A DNA stretch of 64,000 nucleotides. Origin: Candidatus Latescibacterota bacterium (lineage in GTDB: Bacteria; Latescibacterota; UBA2968; UBA8231). The stretch is from the NCBI GenBank assembly GCA_965206595.1, contig OZ242214.1, positions 1,824,001-1,888,000 on the forward strand, in the 5' to 3' direction. This document shows, one piece after another, positions 33,965 to 43,346 of this stretch (position 1 is the first letter of the stretch; each line of letters opens with the position of its first letter). The notes beneath the pieces are model-generated. The model saw nothing but the letters and a program-made list of their open reading frames with translations. It searched no databases and was not told the DNA's origin. The translations under genes and the position numbers were made by a program.

Positions 33965-36691
33965 TCAGGGTCCGATGGCATCCAGGCTGGCCTCGAGTCT
34001 GGCAAGGCTTTCCCTGTACTCGGTCTGGCGCAGCCGCTCACGTTCCACCACCTCCCCGGGAGCCCTTTCGAGGAAGGCGGGTCGGCTAAGATTGGAATCC
34101 AGTCCCTTCAGCAATTTGGCGAGCTTGTCGATCTCCTTTTGCAAGCGCCTTCGTTCCGAGTCAATCGAGTCCACCAGAACGTGAACCACGATGTCCCTTA
34201 CCGGGAACCTTATGTGCCCAGAATTGTGCGGCGAGTCCTCCTCCTCCGCGCTCGCAATCGGAACTCGGGTGAGTGTCTCGATGTAGCGGTGACGCTGGAG
34301 CATCGGACCCGCTAACGGCTCGATAAAACTATGTTGGATCGGAACCCGCAGTTCGCCAAAAATATTCCTGATCGCGGAGACATCTTCCTGTACGAGGGTC
34401 ATCTCCTCCATCGCCGCTTCGTCGAGGTCCTCGCTTCGGGCAGCAGGCCAGGCCGCGGCCATGATCGCTTCTCCCGACGCGGCGTGCCGAGGCAATGCCT
34501 GCCAGATCGCCTCTGTGATGAAGGGCATGACCGGATGCATCAGGCGAAGGGCCTGTTCGAGCACCTCGACCAGGATCTCCTGCGCCAGGGCGCGTTCCGG
34601 CGCCGGGCCCGGCAGGCGCGGCTTGGCCAGCTCGACGTACCAGTCGCAGTAGTCGTTCCACAGAAAGCTGTACAGGGCGCGCGTGACCTCGCTGAAGCGG
34701 AATTTCTCCTGGTGCTCGTCGACGCGATCGATGGTTCGGGCCAGACTGCTGCGGATCCAGCGGTCCGCCAGCTCGGCGCTGGCGCTGGGCTCCTCTACCG
34801 GCTCGTACCCCTGGAGGTTCATGAGCACGAAACGCGCGGCATTCCAGAGCTTGTTGCAGAACGCCTGGCCCGATTTCGCGCTTTGCGAGGACTTCACCTC
34901 GTTGTCGGCGATTTCGGCATCGAAGCGGATATCCTGCATCGCCCCTGCCTGGTGGAGGAGCGAGTAGCGGGTCGCGTCCGCCCCGTACAGGCGCACGAGG
35001 TCCATCGGGTTGAGCCCAGTTCCCAGGCTCTTGCTCATGCGGCGCCCGTCCCTGGTCATCACCGTGGGGTGAACGAGCACCGTTTTGAACGGGACCTTCC
35101 CTGTGAGCTCCAGGGAGGTGAAAGCCATGCGCAGGACCCACAGGTAGAGGATGTCCCTGCCGGTGATCATCAGGTCGGTCGGGTAGAAATAATCCAGGGA
35201 TTCTTCGGTCTGCGGCCATCCCAGGGTGGCGAACGGCCAGAGGGCGGAGGAGAACCAGGTGTCGAGGACGTCGGGGTCCTGGAGGAACTCGCTCCCCCCG
35301 CACTGGTCGCAGCGGTCCGGGCGTTCCCTCTGCACGATCGGCCTGGCGCCCCCCTCGACGGAGACCCGGAAGCTGCCCTCTGCCAGGGCCCGGTCGCGGG
35401 GCAGGTCCCCTGCCGCGGTGATGCCTTCTCCACTGCAGGGAACACAGTACCATGCGGGGATGCGGTGCCCCCACCAGATCTGGCGGGAAAGGGCCCAGTC
35501 GCGGATATCGTCGAGCCAGTCGATGGCGTACTCCCGGAAGCGGTCGGGGACGTAGGCGATTTCCCGGTGCTCGAGGAAGGGGCGGGTCTTTTCCGCAAGG
35601 GCCTTCATGTCCATGAACCACTGCTCCATCGGCAGCGGCTCGATGACGGTGCCGCACTTGTCGTGGTGAGGCACGGCGTGCTCGTACTCCTCCGTCCTTT
35701 CCAGGAGGCCAGCCGACTCAAGGGCCGATACGACGTTGCTCCGGCACTCGTAGCGTTCCTGCCCGGCAAAACGGCCGGCAGCGGAGGTCATCACCGCGTT
35801 GAAGCCGATGACGGCGATCTCCGGCAGGCCGTGCCTCTTGCCGATGTCGTAGTCGTTGGGATCGTGCGCCGGGGTGACCTTTACGGCGCCGCTGCCCATT
35901 TCGGGGTCGGCGTACTCGTCGGCGACGATGGGGATCTCGCGCTCCATCAGCGGCAGCAGCACCCTGCCCCCCACGGCCCCCTGCCACCTCCTGTCCTCGG
36001 GGTGGACGGCGACGCCGCTGTCCCCGAGCATCGTTTCCGGCCTCGTGGTGGCGACGACGACGCCTTCCGTACCCGATACCCCCGGGTACCGGATGTGCCA
36101 GAGGTGGCCCTGCAGCAGGCGCTCCTCGGTCTCGAGGTCGGAGATCACCGAGCGGCAGGAAGGGCACCAGTTGATCATGCGCGTGCCGCGGTATATCCAG
36201 CCGTTGTCATAGAAGCGCTCGAAGGCGAGCAGCACGGCCTCGACGTAGTCGTCGTCGAGGGTGAAGCGGATCCTGCTCCAGTCGTAGCTGCAGCCGAGCT
36301 GGCGCAGCTGCCGGTAGATGGTGTCGCCGTACTTCTCCTTCCACGCCCAGATCCGTTCGAGCAGCTGCTCGCGCCCGAGATCGTACCGGGTGATCCCCTC
36401 GAGCCGCTTTTCGACCTGCATCTGGGTGGCGATCCCCGCGTGATCGGTTCCCGGCAGACAGAGGGTCTCGTACCCCTGCATGCGGCGCCGGCGCACCACG
36501 TTGTCGTGGATGGCGTGCTGGATGGCGTGACCCATGTGCAGTTCGCCGGTGACGTTGGGGGGCGGAATGGTGACGCAGAAAGGTTTTTTCCCGGGATTGA
36601 CACGCGCGGCGAAAAAGTTGCCCTGCTCCCAGAACGAGTACCATTCCCCTTCCGAGGCGGGGTCGTACTTCGTGGGCAGATTCAGCGACAT
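33965..36691 (-). CDS. valS: Valine--tRNA ligase
   Basis: PPPNVTGELHMGH, GTDHAGIATQ, ATTRPET, GAVKVTPAHD, SRQIWWGH, DVLDTWFSS, RMSKS, C-terminal coiled coil. Confidence 0.98.
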   Translation of the reverse strand: MSLNLPTKYDPASEGEWYSFWEQGNFFAARVNPGKKPFCVTIPPPNVTGELHMGHAIQHAIHDNVVRRRRMQGYETLCLPGTDHAGIATQMQVEKRLEGITRYDLGREQLLERIWAWKEKYGDTIYRQLRQLGCSYDWSRIRFTLDDDYVEAVLLAFERFYDNGWIYRGTRMINWCPSCRSVISDLETEERLLQGHLWHIRYPGVSGTEGVVVATTRPETMLGDSGVAVHPEDRRWQGAVGGRVLLPLMEREIPIVADEYADPEMGSGAVKVTPAHDPNDYDIGKRHGLPEIAVIGFNAVMTSAAGRFAGQERYECRSNVVSALESAGLLERTEEYEHAVPHHDKCGTVIEPLPMEQWFMDMKALAEKTRPFLEHREIAYVPDRFREYAIDWLDDIRDWALSRQIWWGHRIPAWYCVPCSGEGITAAGDLPRDRALAEGSFRVSVEGGARPIVQRERPDRCDQCGGSEFLQDPDVLDTWFSSALWPFATLGWPQTEESLDYFYPTDLMITGRDILYLWVLRMAFTSLELTGKVPFKTVLVHPTVMTRDGRRMSKSLGTGLNPMDLVRLYGADATRYSLLHQAGAMQDIRFDAEIADNEVKSSQSAKSGQAFCNKLWNAARFVLMNLQGYEPVEEPSASAELADRWIRSSLARTIDRVDEHQEKFRFSEVTRALYSFLWNDYCDWYVELAKPRLPGPAPERALAQEILVEVLEQALRLMHPVMPFITEAIWQALPRHAASGEAIMAAAWPAARSEDLDEAAMEEMTLVQEDVSAIRNIFGELRVPIQHSFIEPLAGPMLQRHRYIETLTRVPIASAEEEDSPHNSGHIRFPVRDIVVHVLVDSIDSERRRLQKEIDKLAKLLKGLDSNLSRPAFLERAPGEVVERERLRQTEYRESLARLEASLDAIGP

Positions 36692-36748
36692 GGACGGCTT
36701 TCAGTAGTAGGAGATTATCGGTGTAACTGCGTGTTCTGCAATCAGTTC

Positions 36749-36778
36749 AATATATGGGGGCGCATCGAACGATGGCAA
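36749..36778 (-). promoter_or_regulatory. Putative sigma70 promoter for valS
   Basis: On the - strand TTGCCA-18 bp-TATATT, about 60 nt upstream of the valS ATG. Confidence 0.55.
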
Positions 36779-36781
36779 TGG

Positions 36782-36820
36782 CGTCCGGCCTTTACAGGCC
36801 GGACGGGGCGGTGATATACT
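36782..36820 (+). promoter_or_regulatory. Putative sigma70 promoter for the murQ operon, with an inverted repeat around the -35
   Basis: TTTACA (36791-36796)-18 bp-TATACT (36815-36820) with extended TG; 10-bp inverted repeat CGTCCGGCCT/AGGCCGGACG at 36782-36805. Confidence 0.55.
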
Positions 36821-36861
36821 TGCACGAGAAACAGGATGGATTGCGCTCTTCAGCGCCTGAA

Positions 36862-37839
36862 ATGCCCATCTCCAAGATCACCCACATCCGATTACTTTCG
36901 ATACCAACCTTGGCACACTGGGCGGACCTGCCGACCGAGCAGCGCAACGAAGCCAGCGCCCGCATCGACGAGGTTTCCACCTCGGAAATGCTGCGCATCA
37001 TGAACCGCGAGGACGCCTCCGTGGCCGCGGCCGTGGAGAAGGAGCTGGGCCAGGTCGCCAGGGCGGTAGAACTTGTCGTCCGTGTTCTCAGGGATAACGG
37101 CCGGCTCTTCTACATCGGTGCCGGATCGAGCGGACGCCTCGGTGTTCTGGATGCCGCGGAGTGCCCTCCGACGTTCAACACCGATCCCGGCATGGTCCAG
37201 GCGGTTATCGCCGGGGGGCCGGAGGCGGTCTTCGCCGCGGTGGAGGGGGCGGAAGACAGGAGCGATTCCGGGGCCGGAGAGCTGCGCCGGCGCCAGGTCG
37301 GGGCGGGTGATTGCGTGATTGGAATCGCCGCGAGCGGGGTCACCCCCTTCGTTCTGGGCGGTCTCCGCGAGGTGCGCGCCCTCGGTGCGGCCACGATCCT
37401 GTTGACCTGCGGTGCCCCCGGACAGGTGGCTTCCTTCGTGAATGTCCGCATCGCCCCACAGGTCGGCCCCGAGGTCGTTACCGGATCGACGCGGCTGAAA
37501 GCGGGCACTGCCACCAAAATGATTCTCAACATGATCTCCACTGCAGCCATGATCCGGCTGGGAAAAACCCTGGGTAACCTGATGGTCGACCTGCAGCCGA
37601 AGAACGCCAAGCTGCGGGACCGGTCGCTGCGGATTCTTCAGATGGTGGCCGGGATCACCAGGGAATCTTCCGAAGCATGTCTTGGCGCCGCGGGCGACGA
37701 TCTCAAGGTTGCCATCGTCATGCAGCTGTGCGGGGTCGACCGCGGCCGCGCCGGGACCATGCTCGCCGAGCACGGAGGCCGGATCAAGGAAGTGGTCAGG
37801 TTTTCCGAAAGCGGAAGCGCGGGAGTTGCCGCCTCATGA
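36862..37839 (+). CDS. murQ: N-acetylmuramic acid 6-phosphate etherase
   Basis: TEQRN, GAGSSGRLGVLDAAECPPTF, EGAED, AASG.TP, GPEVVTGSTRLKAGTATKM, GNLMVD; start uncertain (36862/36910). Confidence 0.95.
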   Translation: MPISKITHIRLLSIPTLAHWADLPTEQRNEASARIDEVSTSEMLRIMNREDASVAAAVEKELGQVARAVELVVRVLRDNGRLFYIGAGSSGRLGVLDAAECPPTFNTDPGMVQAVIAGGPEAVFAAVEGAEDRSDSGAGELRRRQVGAGDCVIGIAASGVTPFVLGGLREVRALGAATILLTCGAPGQVASFVNVRIAPQVGPEVVTGSTRLKAGTATKMILNMISTAAMIRLGKTLGNLMVDLQPKNAKLRDRSLRILQMVAGITRESSEACLGAAGDDLKVAIVMQLCGVDRGRAGTMLAEHGGRIKEVVRFSESGSAGVAAS

Positions 37840-38804
37840 AATACGGCATGCTGGGAGAAACGGATCTCGAGGTTTCCCGGGTCGGGCAGGGGACCGTGGA
37901 AATCGGATTGCCGTACGGAATCGGGCTCCCCGATCCTCCCCCCGACGACGAGTGTGTAAAACTGCTGCACACCGCCCTCGACCGCGGCGTCACCTACTTC
38001 GATACCGCCGCCGGGTACGGGCGCAGCGAGGAGCTGGTGGGGAAGGCGTTCTCGGGCATGGGCGCATCCCGTCCCGTCATCGCCACCAAGGTGAAGCTGC
38101 GCGCCTCTGCTTCGGGGTCGCAACTCGAAGGGGCCGCGCTCGCCGAGCATGTGTGCAATTCAGTGGCCGCCAGCCTCGCCATCCTGATGGTGGACAGTCT
38201 GGACCTGATGCAGGTGTACGTCGAGGAGGATACCTTTGCCCGCCAGGAGATCAGCGCTCCCCTGCTCGAAGCAGTCGAGTCCCTGACCGCCAGGGGCCTG
38301 GTGCGCTTCTGGGGCGCCACCAGCTACGGCCCTTCCGACGCCAGGGCGGTAGTTCGTCAGGGGAAGCCGTTTCAGACGATCCAGGTGGCTTACAACCTGC
38401 TCGACAGAACCCTCGAGCATCAGGTTCTGTCTGACTGCCGGGAACAGGGGCTGGGGGTGGTGCTGCGCTCGGTGTTCCTGCAGGGGGTGCTCTCCCACCG
38501 CACCGAAAGCTATCCCCCGAACATGGAACCGCTGAAGCTGAGCGCCCGGAAGGCCGCGGCCCTGGCGGGCGAATACGGAATCAGTCTGTCCGAGTGCGCC
38601 CTGCGTTTCGCCGCCTTCGGTCCTGCGCAAGCGGACGTGACCCTGTTCGGAACCTTCTGCGAGGCCGAGCTGGAGCAGAACCTCGCCGTGGTCGCGGCCG
38701 GGCCTCTGCAGGAGGAGCTGGAGAAGAAACTCGCCCCCCTGGCCATGGATGGCAGCGAGCTGCTCTACCCCCACACCTGGGGCCTTCCGCATGCCTTCAA
38801 ATAG
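37836..38804 (+). CDS. Aldo/keto reductase
   Basis: LGETDLEVSRVG.G, FDTAAGYG.SE, IATK, G.VRFWG, QVAYNLL; ATGA overlap with murQ. Confidence 0.88.
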   Translation: MKYGMLGETDLEVSRVGQGTVEIGLPYGIGLPDPPPDDECVKLLHTALDRGVTYFDTAAGYGRSEELVGKAFSGMGASRPVIATKVKLRASASGSQLEGAALAEHVCNSVAASLAILMVDSLDLMQVYVEEDTFARQEISAPLLEAVESLTARGLVRFWGATSYGPSDARAVVRQGKPFQTIQVAYNLLDRTLEHQVLSDCREQGLGVVLRSVFLQGVLSHRTESYPPNMEPLKLSARKAAALAGEYGISLSECALRFAAFGPAQADVTLFGTFCEAELEQNLAVVAAGPLQEELEKKLAPLAMDGSELLYPHTWGLPHAFK

Positions 38805-38963
38805 AGGAATTGTCATGGACGACTTCCCCTGTCCGGGCAGGCCGCCGACAGGTCGGGATTCCTGTCCGGAAAGCAACCCACCGTCTTCGAGCCGCCCGGG
38901 TCCGGCCGGAGTCTCCGCAAGCGCCCCTCATACCGGCCAATGGCCTCGAACTTCACTACTGCC

Positions 38964-40082
38964 ATGAAACTCAAGCCCGCGATTTCACCCCGGTCCCTGG
39001 TCGGTTTGGACAAGGAGGAACTCGACACTCCCGTCCTGCTGATCGATCTCGACAGGTTCGAGTCGAACATCGCAGCCATCGCCGCCTGCTGCCGGGATCA
39101 CGGCAGCGGCTGGAGGCCGCACAGCAAGGCGCACAAATCACCGGAAATCGCCCATCTGCTGGTGGCAGCCGGGGCCACCGGCATTACCTGTGCGAAGCTG
39201 AGTGAAGCGGAAATGATGGTGTCCCACGGCATCGGCGACATCCTGCTCGCCAACCAGTTGGGGAGCGCGAGCAAACAACGCCGTCTCGCCGAGATTCAGA
39301 AACATGGGCGGGTCATTGCCATCGTCGACACCGAGGCGGTGCTGGAGCCGATGGCCACGGCAGCGGTCGCGGCGGGCACGACCATCCCGGTGCTTATAGA
39401 TGTCGACATCGGCATGAACCGCACCGGTTGCCTCCCCGGGAAGGAGGTGGTCCGGCTCGCCGAAGCGATCTCACGGAGGCCGGGATTGCGCCTCGAGGGC
39501 ATCATGGGGTACGAGGGTCACGTGCTGGAGATCGAGCCTCCTGAAGCGAAGGAAAGGGTCTGCCAGGAGTCGCTGGAAAAGCTGGTTCTCAGCGGGGATG
39601 CCCTCCTTGAGCAGGGCCATCGCTGCGACATCGTCAGCGCCGGAGGCACCGGGACCTACACTATCACCTCTGCTTTTGAGGGGATCACCGAGCTGCAGGC
39701 CGGAGGCGGCATTTTCATGGACGCGATGTACCGTGAGAGCTGCCACGTAGAAGACTTGCAGTTCGCCCTCACCGTGCTGGCGACGGTCAGCAGCTGCCAG
39801 CACAGCCACGTGGTCCTCGACGCCGGATTCAAGACCCTGTCCCAGTCGGATAGCGCGCCGCGCGCCCTCGGCCGGGAGGACCTCGACCTGCGCTACCTGT
39901 CGGCCGAGCACGGTGTTTTTACGGTCCGCGACGGGTGTGCGGGCCCCGAAGTCGGAGAGCGCATCGAGCTGCTGCCCTGGTACAGCGACAGCACCACCTT
40001 TCTCCACGACCGCTTCGTCGGACTACGCCGGGGCGTCGTCGAGTGCGTGTGGGAGATCGCCGGCCGCGGTTTGCTTACGTGA
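38964..40082 (+). CDS. DSD1/D-threonine aldolase family PLP enzyme (fold type III)
   Basis: LDTPVLLID, RPHSKAHK (PLP Lys), CAKLSEAE, GMNRTG, GYEGH, SAGGTGT, DAGFK, LSAEHG. Confidence 0.88.
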   Translation: MKLKPAISPRSLVGLDKEELDTPVLLIDLDRFESNIAAIAACCRDHGSGWRPHSKAHKSPEIAHLLVAAGATGITCAKLSEAEMMVSHGIGDILLANQLGSASKQRRLAEIQKHGRVIAIVDTEAVLEPMATAAVAAGTTIPVLIDVDIGMNRTGCLPGKEVVRLAEAISRRPGLRLEGIMGYEGHVLEIEPPEAKERVCQESLEKLVLSGDALLEQGHRCDIVSAGGTGTYTITSAFEGITELQAGGGIFMDAMYRESCHVEDLQFALTVLATVSSCQHSHVVLDAGFKTLSQSDSAPRALGREDLDLRYLSAEHGVFTVRDGCAGPEVGERIELLPWYSDSTTFLHDRFVGLRRGVVECVWEIAGRGLLT

Positions 40083-41278
40083 ACCTGCTTCTGGTATCGA
40101 TCGACAGCTTGCGCGGCGATCACCTGTCGCGCACACATCCCGATGTCGCGACACCCCGCTTCGATCGTCTGACCGCGGCCTTCAGCCTGGCGCCCAACTG
40201 CTTCTCCGTCTCCTCGGCAACCCGGCCGGTGCACCTCAGTCTGGTTACGGGGCTTTACCCGTTCGAGCACGGAATTCTGTCGCAGCGCCACAGCCGCCAG
40301 CGGGGAGGGCTTCCGATGCTGTTCGAAGTCTGCCGCGGCGCCGGAATATCCTGTACGGCGTTATCGGAAGCCTCGGAAATTTTCGAGGGACTCGATCTCG
40401 GCCTCCCGGTCGAACCGCTCGCTCCGGGGGCCGACGAGGGTGTCAGGCAGGTGCTTTCCCGTCTGGGCTCGACGCAGGGAAGCCAGTGCGCACTCCTCCA
40501 TTACTGGAGCACCCATACCCCGTACGGGGCGGCTGACGGAATGGCCCTCGGGGAAACAGCCGGACTGCTCGCGGCCGGACGCTTCGACCTGGTCACGGCC
40601 CGATATCGGGGCGCCGTCGAAGAGGTCTTCGAGCGCAAACTCGCGCCGCTGATCGAATCCCTCGACCTGGCGGAATGGGCGATCTTCGTTTTCGGGGACC
40701 ACGGCGAGAGCTGGACGGCTGCCGAGCCGTATCACGGACAGACCCTCGACAACAGCGTCCTTCGCGTCCCCTTGCTGCTGCACGTGCCATTCCGGGACAA
40801 CCGCCGGTTTGTAAACAGGAGGCTGGTGTCCCTCGTCGATCTCTTCCCGACGGTGCTGAGTTTGCTGGGGGTGCCCTGCGACTACCGGGGGTTCGGCCGG
40901 CCGCTGTGGGAAGCGGCCGGACCAAGCGAGCACTACCTCGCCCAGATCGTTCCCCTGGAAGGCGGGGACAGGCGGATCGAGATGCCCGGAGATAAAGTGG
41001 AAATGGAACCGGAGAAGGAGTTGCTGTGGGCCCTTTTCGACGAGGTCAGGAAGTTCGCCTTCAACGAAGGCTCCGGGACAGGGGTACTTACCGAGACACT
41101 TACGGACCGCGTCCTGGAAACGGTGGCACAGCCGCAGACCGTGGCCGCCTATACCGGCAGGTATCGCCGGCTCCTGGAAAGGAGCGAGTATGCAGGTCGC
41201 CCGCTGCAGATGCCGCAGGAAGCGGGGCAGGAAGCCCTGGTCGAGCGCCGTTTGCGCGACCTGGGTTACCTGGAGTAG
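40079..41278 (+). CDS. Sulfatase-like / alkaline phosphatase superfamily hydrolase
   Basis: LVSIDSLRGDH, TPRFDRL, TRPVHLSLVTGLYP..HG, H.PY, GDHGE, RVPLL, DLFPT, LRDLGY; GTGA overlap with upstream gene. Confidence 0.85.
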   Translation: MNLLLVSIDSLRGDHLSRTHPDVATPRFDRLTAAFSLAPNCFSVSSATRPVHLSLVTGLYPFEHGILSQRHSRQRGGLPMLFEVCRGAGISCTALSEASEIFEGLDLGLPVEPLAPGADEGVRQVLSRLGSTQGSQCALLHYWSTHTPYGAADGMALGETAGLLAAGRFDLVTARYRGAVEEVFERKLAPLIESLDLAEWAIFVFGDHGESWTAAEPYHGQTLDNSVLRVPLLLHVPFRDNRRFVNRRLVSLVDLFPTVLSLLGVPCDYRGFGRPLWEAAGPSEHYLAQIVPLEGGDRRIEMPGDKVEMEPEKELLWALFDEVRKFAFNEGSGTGVLTETLTDRVLETVAQPQTVAAYTGRYRRLLERSEYAGRPLQMPQEAGQEALVERRLRDLGYLE

Positions 41279-41284
41279 CCGCGG

Positions 41285-41713
41285 CTAGGGCCGGCATTCC
41301 TCACTTCCCCACCGGAACAGCGACGATTTGTAGATGTCGGGCCGGTGCGGCTTCAAGGTAACGATCTCGCAGTTTGGGTATGCGTCGGCCAGACTCTTCG
41401 GAGGCCGTTGGTCGTACCCGAGGGCGATCACGGCCGGGGCAATCTCGGAGACCACCTGAAGGAGATTGGCCCCCTTGTTTCCCAGCCTGACGACATCGGC
41501 GATTCCGGCGCCCTCGACAGTGGCCTTGCGCTCCTCTTCGCGGTGATCCGGAAGCCGACCTTTTATTCGCTCAACATTCTCGTCGCGGGCAACCACCACG
41601 AAAAGCTCCGTGCCCAGGGCCGCGGCCTGGGACAGAAAGGACTCGTGACCAGGGTGGAAATGGTCGAAGGTTCCGCAACAGAGAACGCGACGCCGCGATC
41701 GATCAAAGCTCAT
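41285..41713 (-). CDS. Cytidylyltransferase-family protein, archaeal FAD synthase (RibL)-like
   Basis: GTFDHFHPGH (HxGH), VVVARD..V..IKG, EEER, IALGYDQ, YKSS; about 142 aa from MSFDR. Confidence 0.75.
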   Translation of the reverse strand: MSFDRSRRRVLCCGTFDHFHPGHESFLSQAAALGTELFVVVARDENVERIKGRLPDHREEERKATVEGAGIADVVRLGNKGANLLQVVSEIAPAVIALGYDQRPPKSLADAYPNCEIVTLKPHRPDIYKSSLFRWGSEECRP

Positions 41714-42296
41714 TGATGCGGCGGTCGATCCAGAAATCGGACCCGTGATCCTCGAAAAAAATGTCGCCAAACGCCCGCGCATCCTCGCGCGTTCGGAAAT
41801 AACCGATGCGAACCCGGACCCCTTTGCCATCCGGCTGGGCGATCGCGTACGCCGGATATCCCAGGGCACTCAACTCGGCCACCCGCTTTCCAGCCTTCAG
41901 GGCATCGGCATACACGCCAACCTGAACAGTGAACGCCCCGTCCGGCTCATATGCCACAGCTCCGGCGAGCAGCTTCTCGCGCCCTGCCCCGGGTCCAGTG
42001 AATCCGGGGGTTCCGGTGGAGCCAGCGGAAGTTTTCTCTCCTTCCCCCTCGACCAGGGCACCTGTTTTCGGGGTCTCCTCGTACTGAAAGGCGCTCGAGT
42101 CGAGGACGATCACCTCAATCGGACCTCCACCCTCGTCCAGGCCGAATTCATCGCTGCGGTCGATTTCCCCGCTGCAACTGCAGAGGGTTGCGGCGATGGG
42201 CAGCAGGGTCCGCAGAAGCTTCCGCCCGACCACGGAACGGTCCGGGGCAGGGTTTATGTAACCCGAGCCGTGGTACGGAGGTTCATGCTTCGTCAT
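41703..42296 (-). CDS. SPOR-domain lipoprotein
   Basis: Hydrophobic stretch with Cys (ATLCSCS); C-terminal FTVQVGVY...A...L..LGYPAY...RVRIGYF.TREDA. Confidence 0.75.
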   Translation of the reverse strand: MTKHEPPYHGSGYINPAPDRSVVGRKLLRTLLPIAATLCSCSGEIDRSDEFGLDEGGGPIEVIVLDSSAFQYEETPKTGALVEGEGEKTSAGSTGTPGFTGPGAGREKLLAGAVAYEPDGAFTVQVGVYADALKAGKRVAELSALGYPAYAIAQPDGKGVRVRIGYFRTREDARAFGDIFFEDHGSDFWIDRRINEL

Positions 42297-42328
42297 CGGG
42301 ATCTCACACGGGGCTTCCATTCCACCGC

Positions 42329-43345
42329 TCACCACAGGCACTCGAGGATGCAGCACTTGAAGGGGCGTCCTCCGATATGCATGGGCAGGACCGCGAGAAT
42401 CTCGAAAGGCAGCTGCGCCGTGCGCAACCCGGCCATGACTCCGTGCAGGTCGGCAAACGGGATAACCGCGACCCCTCCAGGGGCGAGAACCGCGGCATAG
42501 GCCTCGAGTCTGTCCACAATCCCCGCTCTGGTGGTGCCGTCGATTACACAGCTGGCAGACCGCGGTTCGAAAGGCAGTGCAGCGGTGGCAGCGGCAACAT
42601 GGCTGACACCCGGAATTGTTCTCGGAGACAGGGTGATGCCCCCGTCGCCCAAGGCAACGACCCGTTTCGGCCCTGACCGGGACAACTCCGCCAGTCCCGA
42701 CTCCTGACAGTTAAGACAGAGAACGACGTCCTCCGGTCCTGGCTCCAGCAGCGTCATCAGAGATGCGATCATTGCCTCGGAGAGTCCCCGCTCGGGTCCC
42801 CCGGGGTGGCGCCGGGGACCGATTTGCACGCAGAACAGGGCTTCCGGTCCCGAGATCCGCAGCCTCAAGCGAAGCCCGGTTTTTTTTCCGGCCGAATCAA
42901 GGCCGTGCTCGACGGTCAGGATGGTGCGTACCTGGTCTTCCACATCCCGGCGCGTGAAGCGGTGCGAACCGGACAGGGTGCAGGCGAGCTGGTAGCTGTC
43001 GACGTCGGTTTCGGGATGACAGGTCCTGACCAAGTTCCTGGCTGCAGAAAGGTCCGCCCTGCGAAGTCGCTCGCAGACGCGCTCGAGTCCCGGCCTTCCC
43101 ACGGTCACACCACGGAATCGCGACACCACCCCGGCGGCTGCAAGGGCGGAACGCACCGCTGTCAATTTTGCCGGAGAGCGGGTATAGTGAAAGTAGATCC
43201 GGCCGTTGCGGCGGTCGGATTCGGTCTCGAAACCCGTCGCCCCGGCCAGTTGCGCGCGCAGGGATTCGAGCACGGCTTTTTCGAGGCCGGCGACAGTGGT
43301 GATTAAGAAATCGTGGATCTTCTCCGTGCCGGCGCGCGAGGGCAT
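42329..43345 (-). CDS. THUMP-domain protein with degenerate methyltransferase-like C-terminus
   Basis: TTVAGLE...L, GRIYF, G.HRFTR..V, LRLRI, L...IA.L; no recognisable DPxCGxG motif. Confidence 0.55.
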   Translation of the reverse strand: MPSRAGTEKIHDFLITTVAGLEKAVLESLRAQLAGATGFETESDRRNGRIYFHYTRSPAKLTAVRSALAAAGVVSRFRGVTVGRPGLERVCERLRRADLSAARNLVRTCHPETDVDSYQLACTLSGSHRFTRRDVEDQVRTILTVEHGLDSAGKKTGLRLRLRISGPEALFCVQIGPRRHPGGPERGLSEAMIASLMTLLEPGPEDVVLCLNCQESGLAELSRSGPKRVVALGDGGITLSPRTIPGVSHVAAATAALPFEPRSASCVIDGTTRAGIVDRLEAYAAVLAPGGVAVIPFADLHGVMAGLRTAQLPFEILAVLPMHIGGRPFKCCILECLW

Positions 43346-43346
43346 G

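Noticed and set aside
34331-36814. 827-aa ORF on the + strand
   Set aside because: Antisense shadow of valS caused by high GC3; no recognisable motifs. The same applies to 3280-4284, 15314-16300, 18953-20449, 22896-23837 and 53801-54649.
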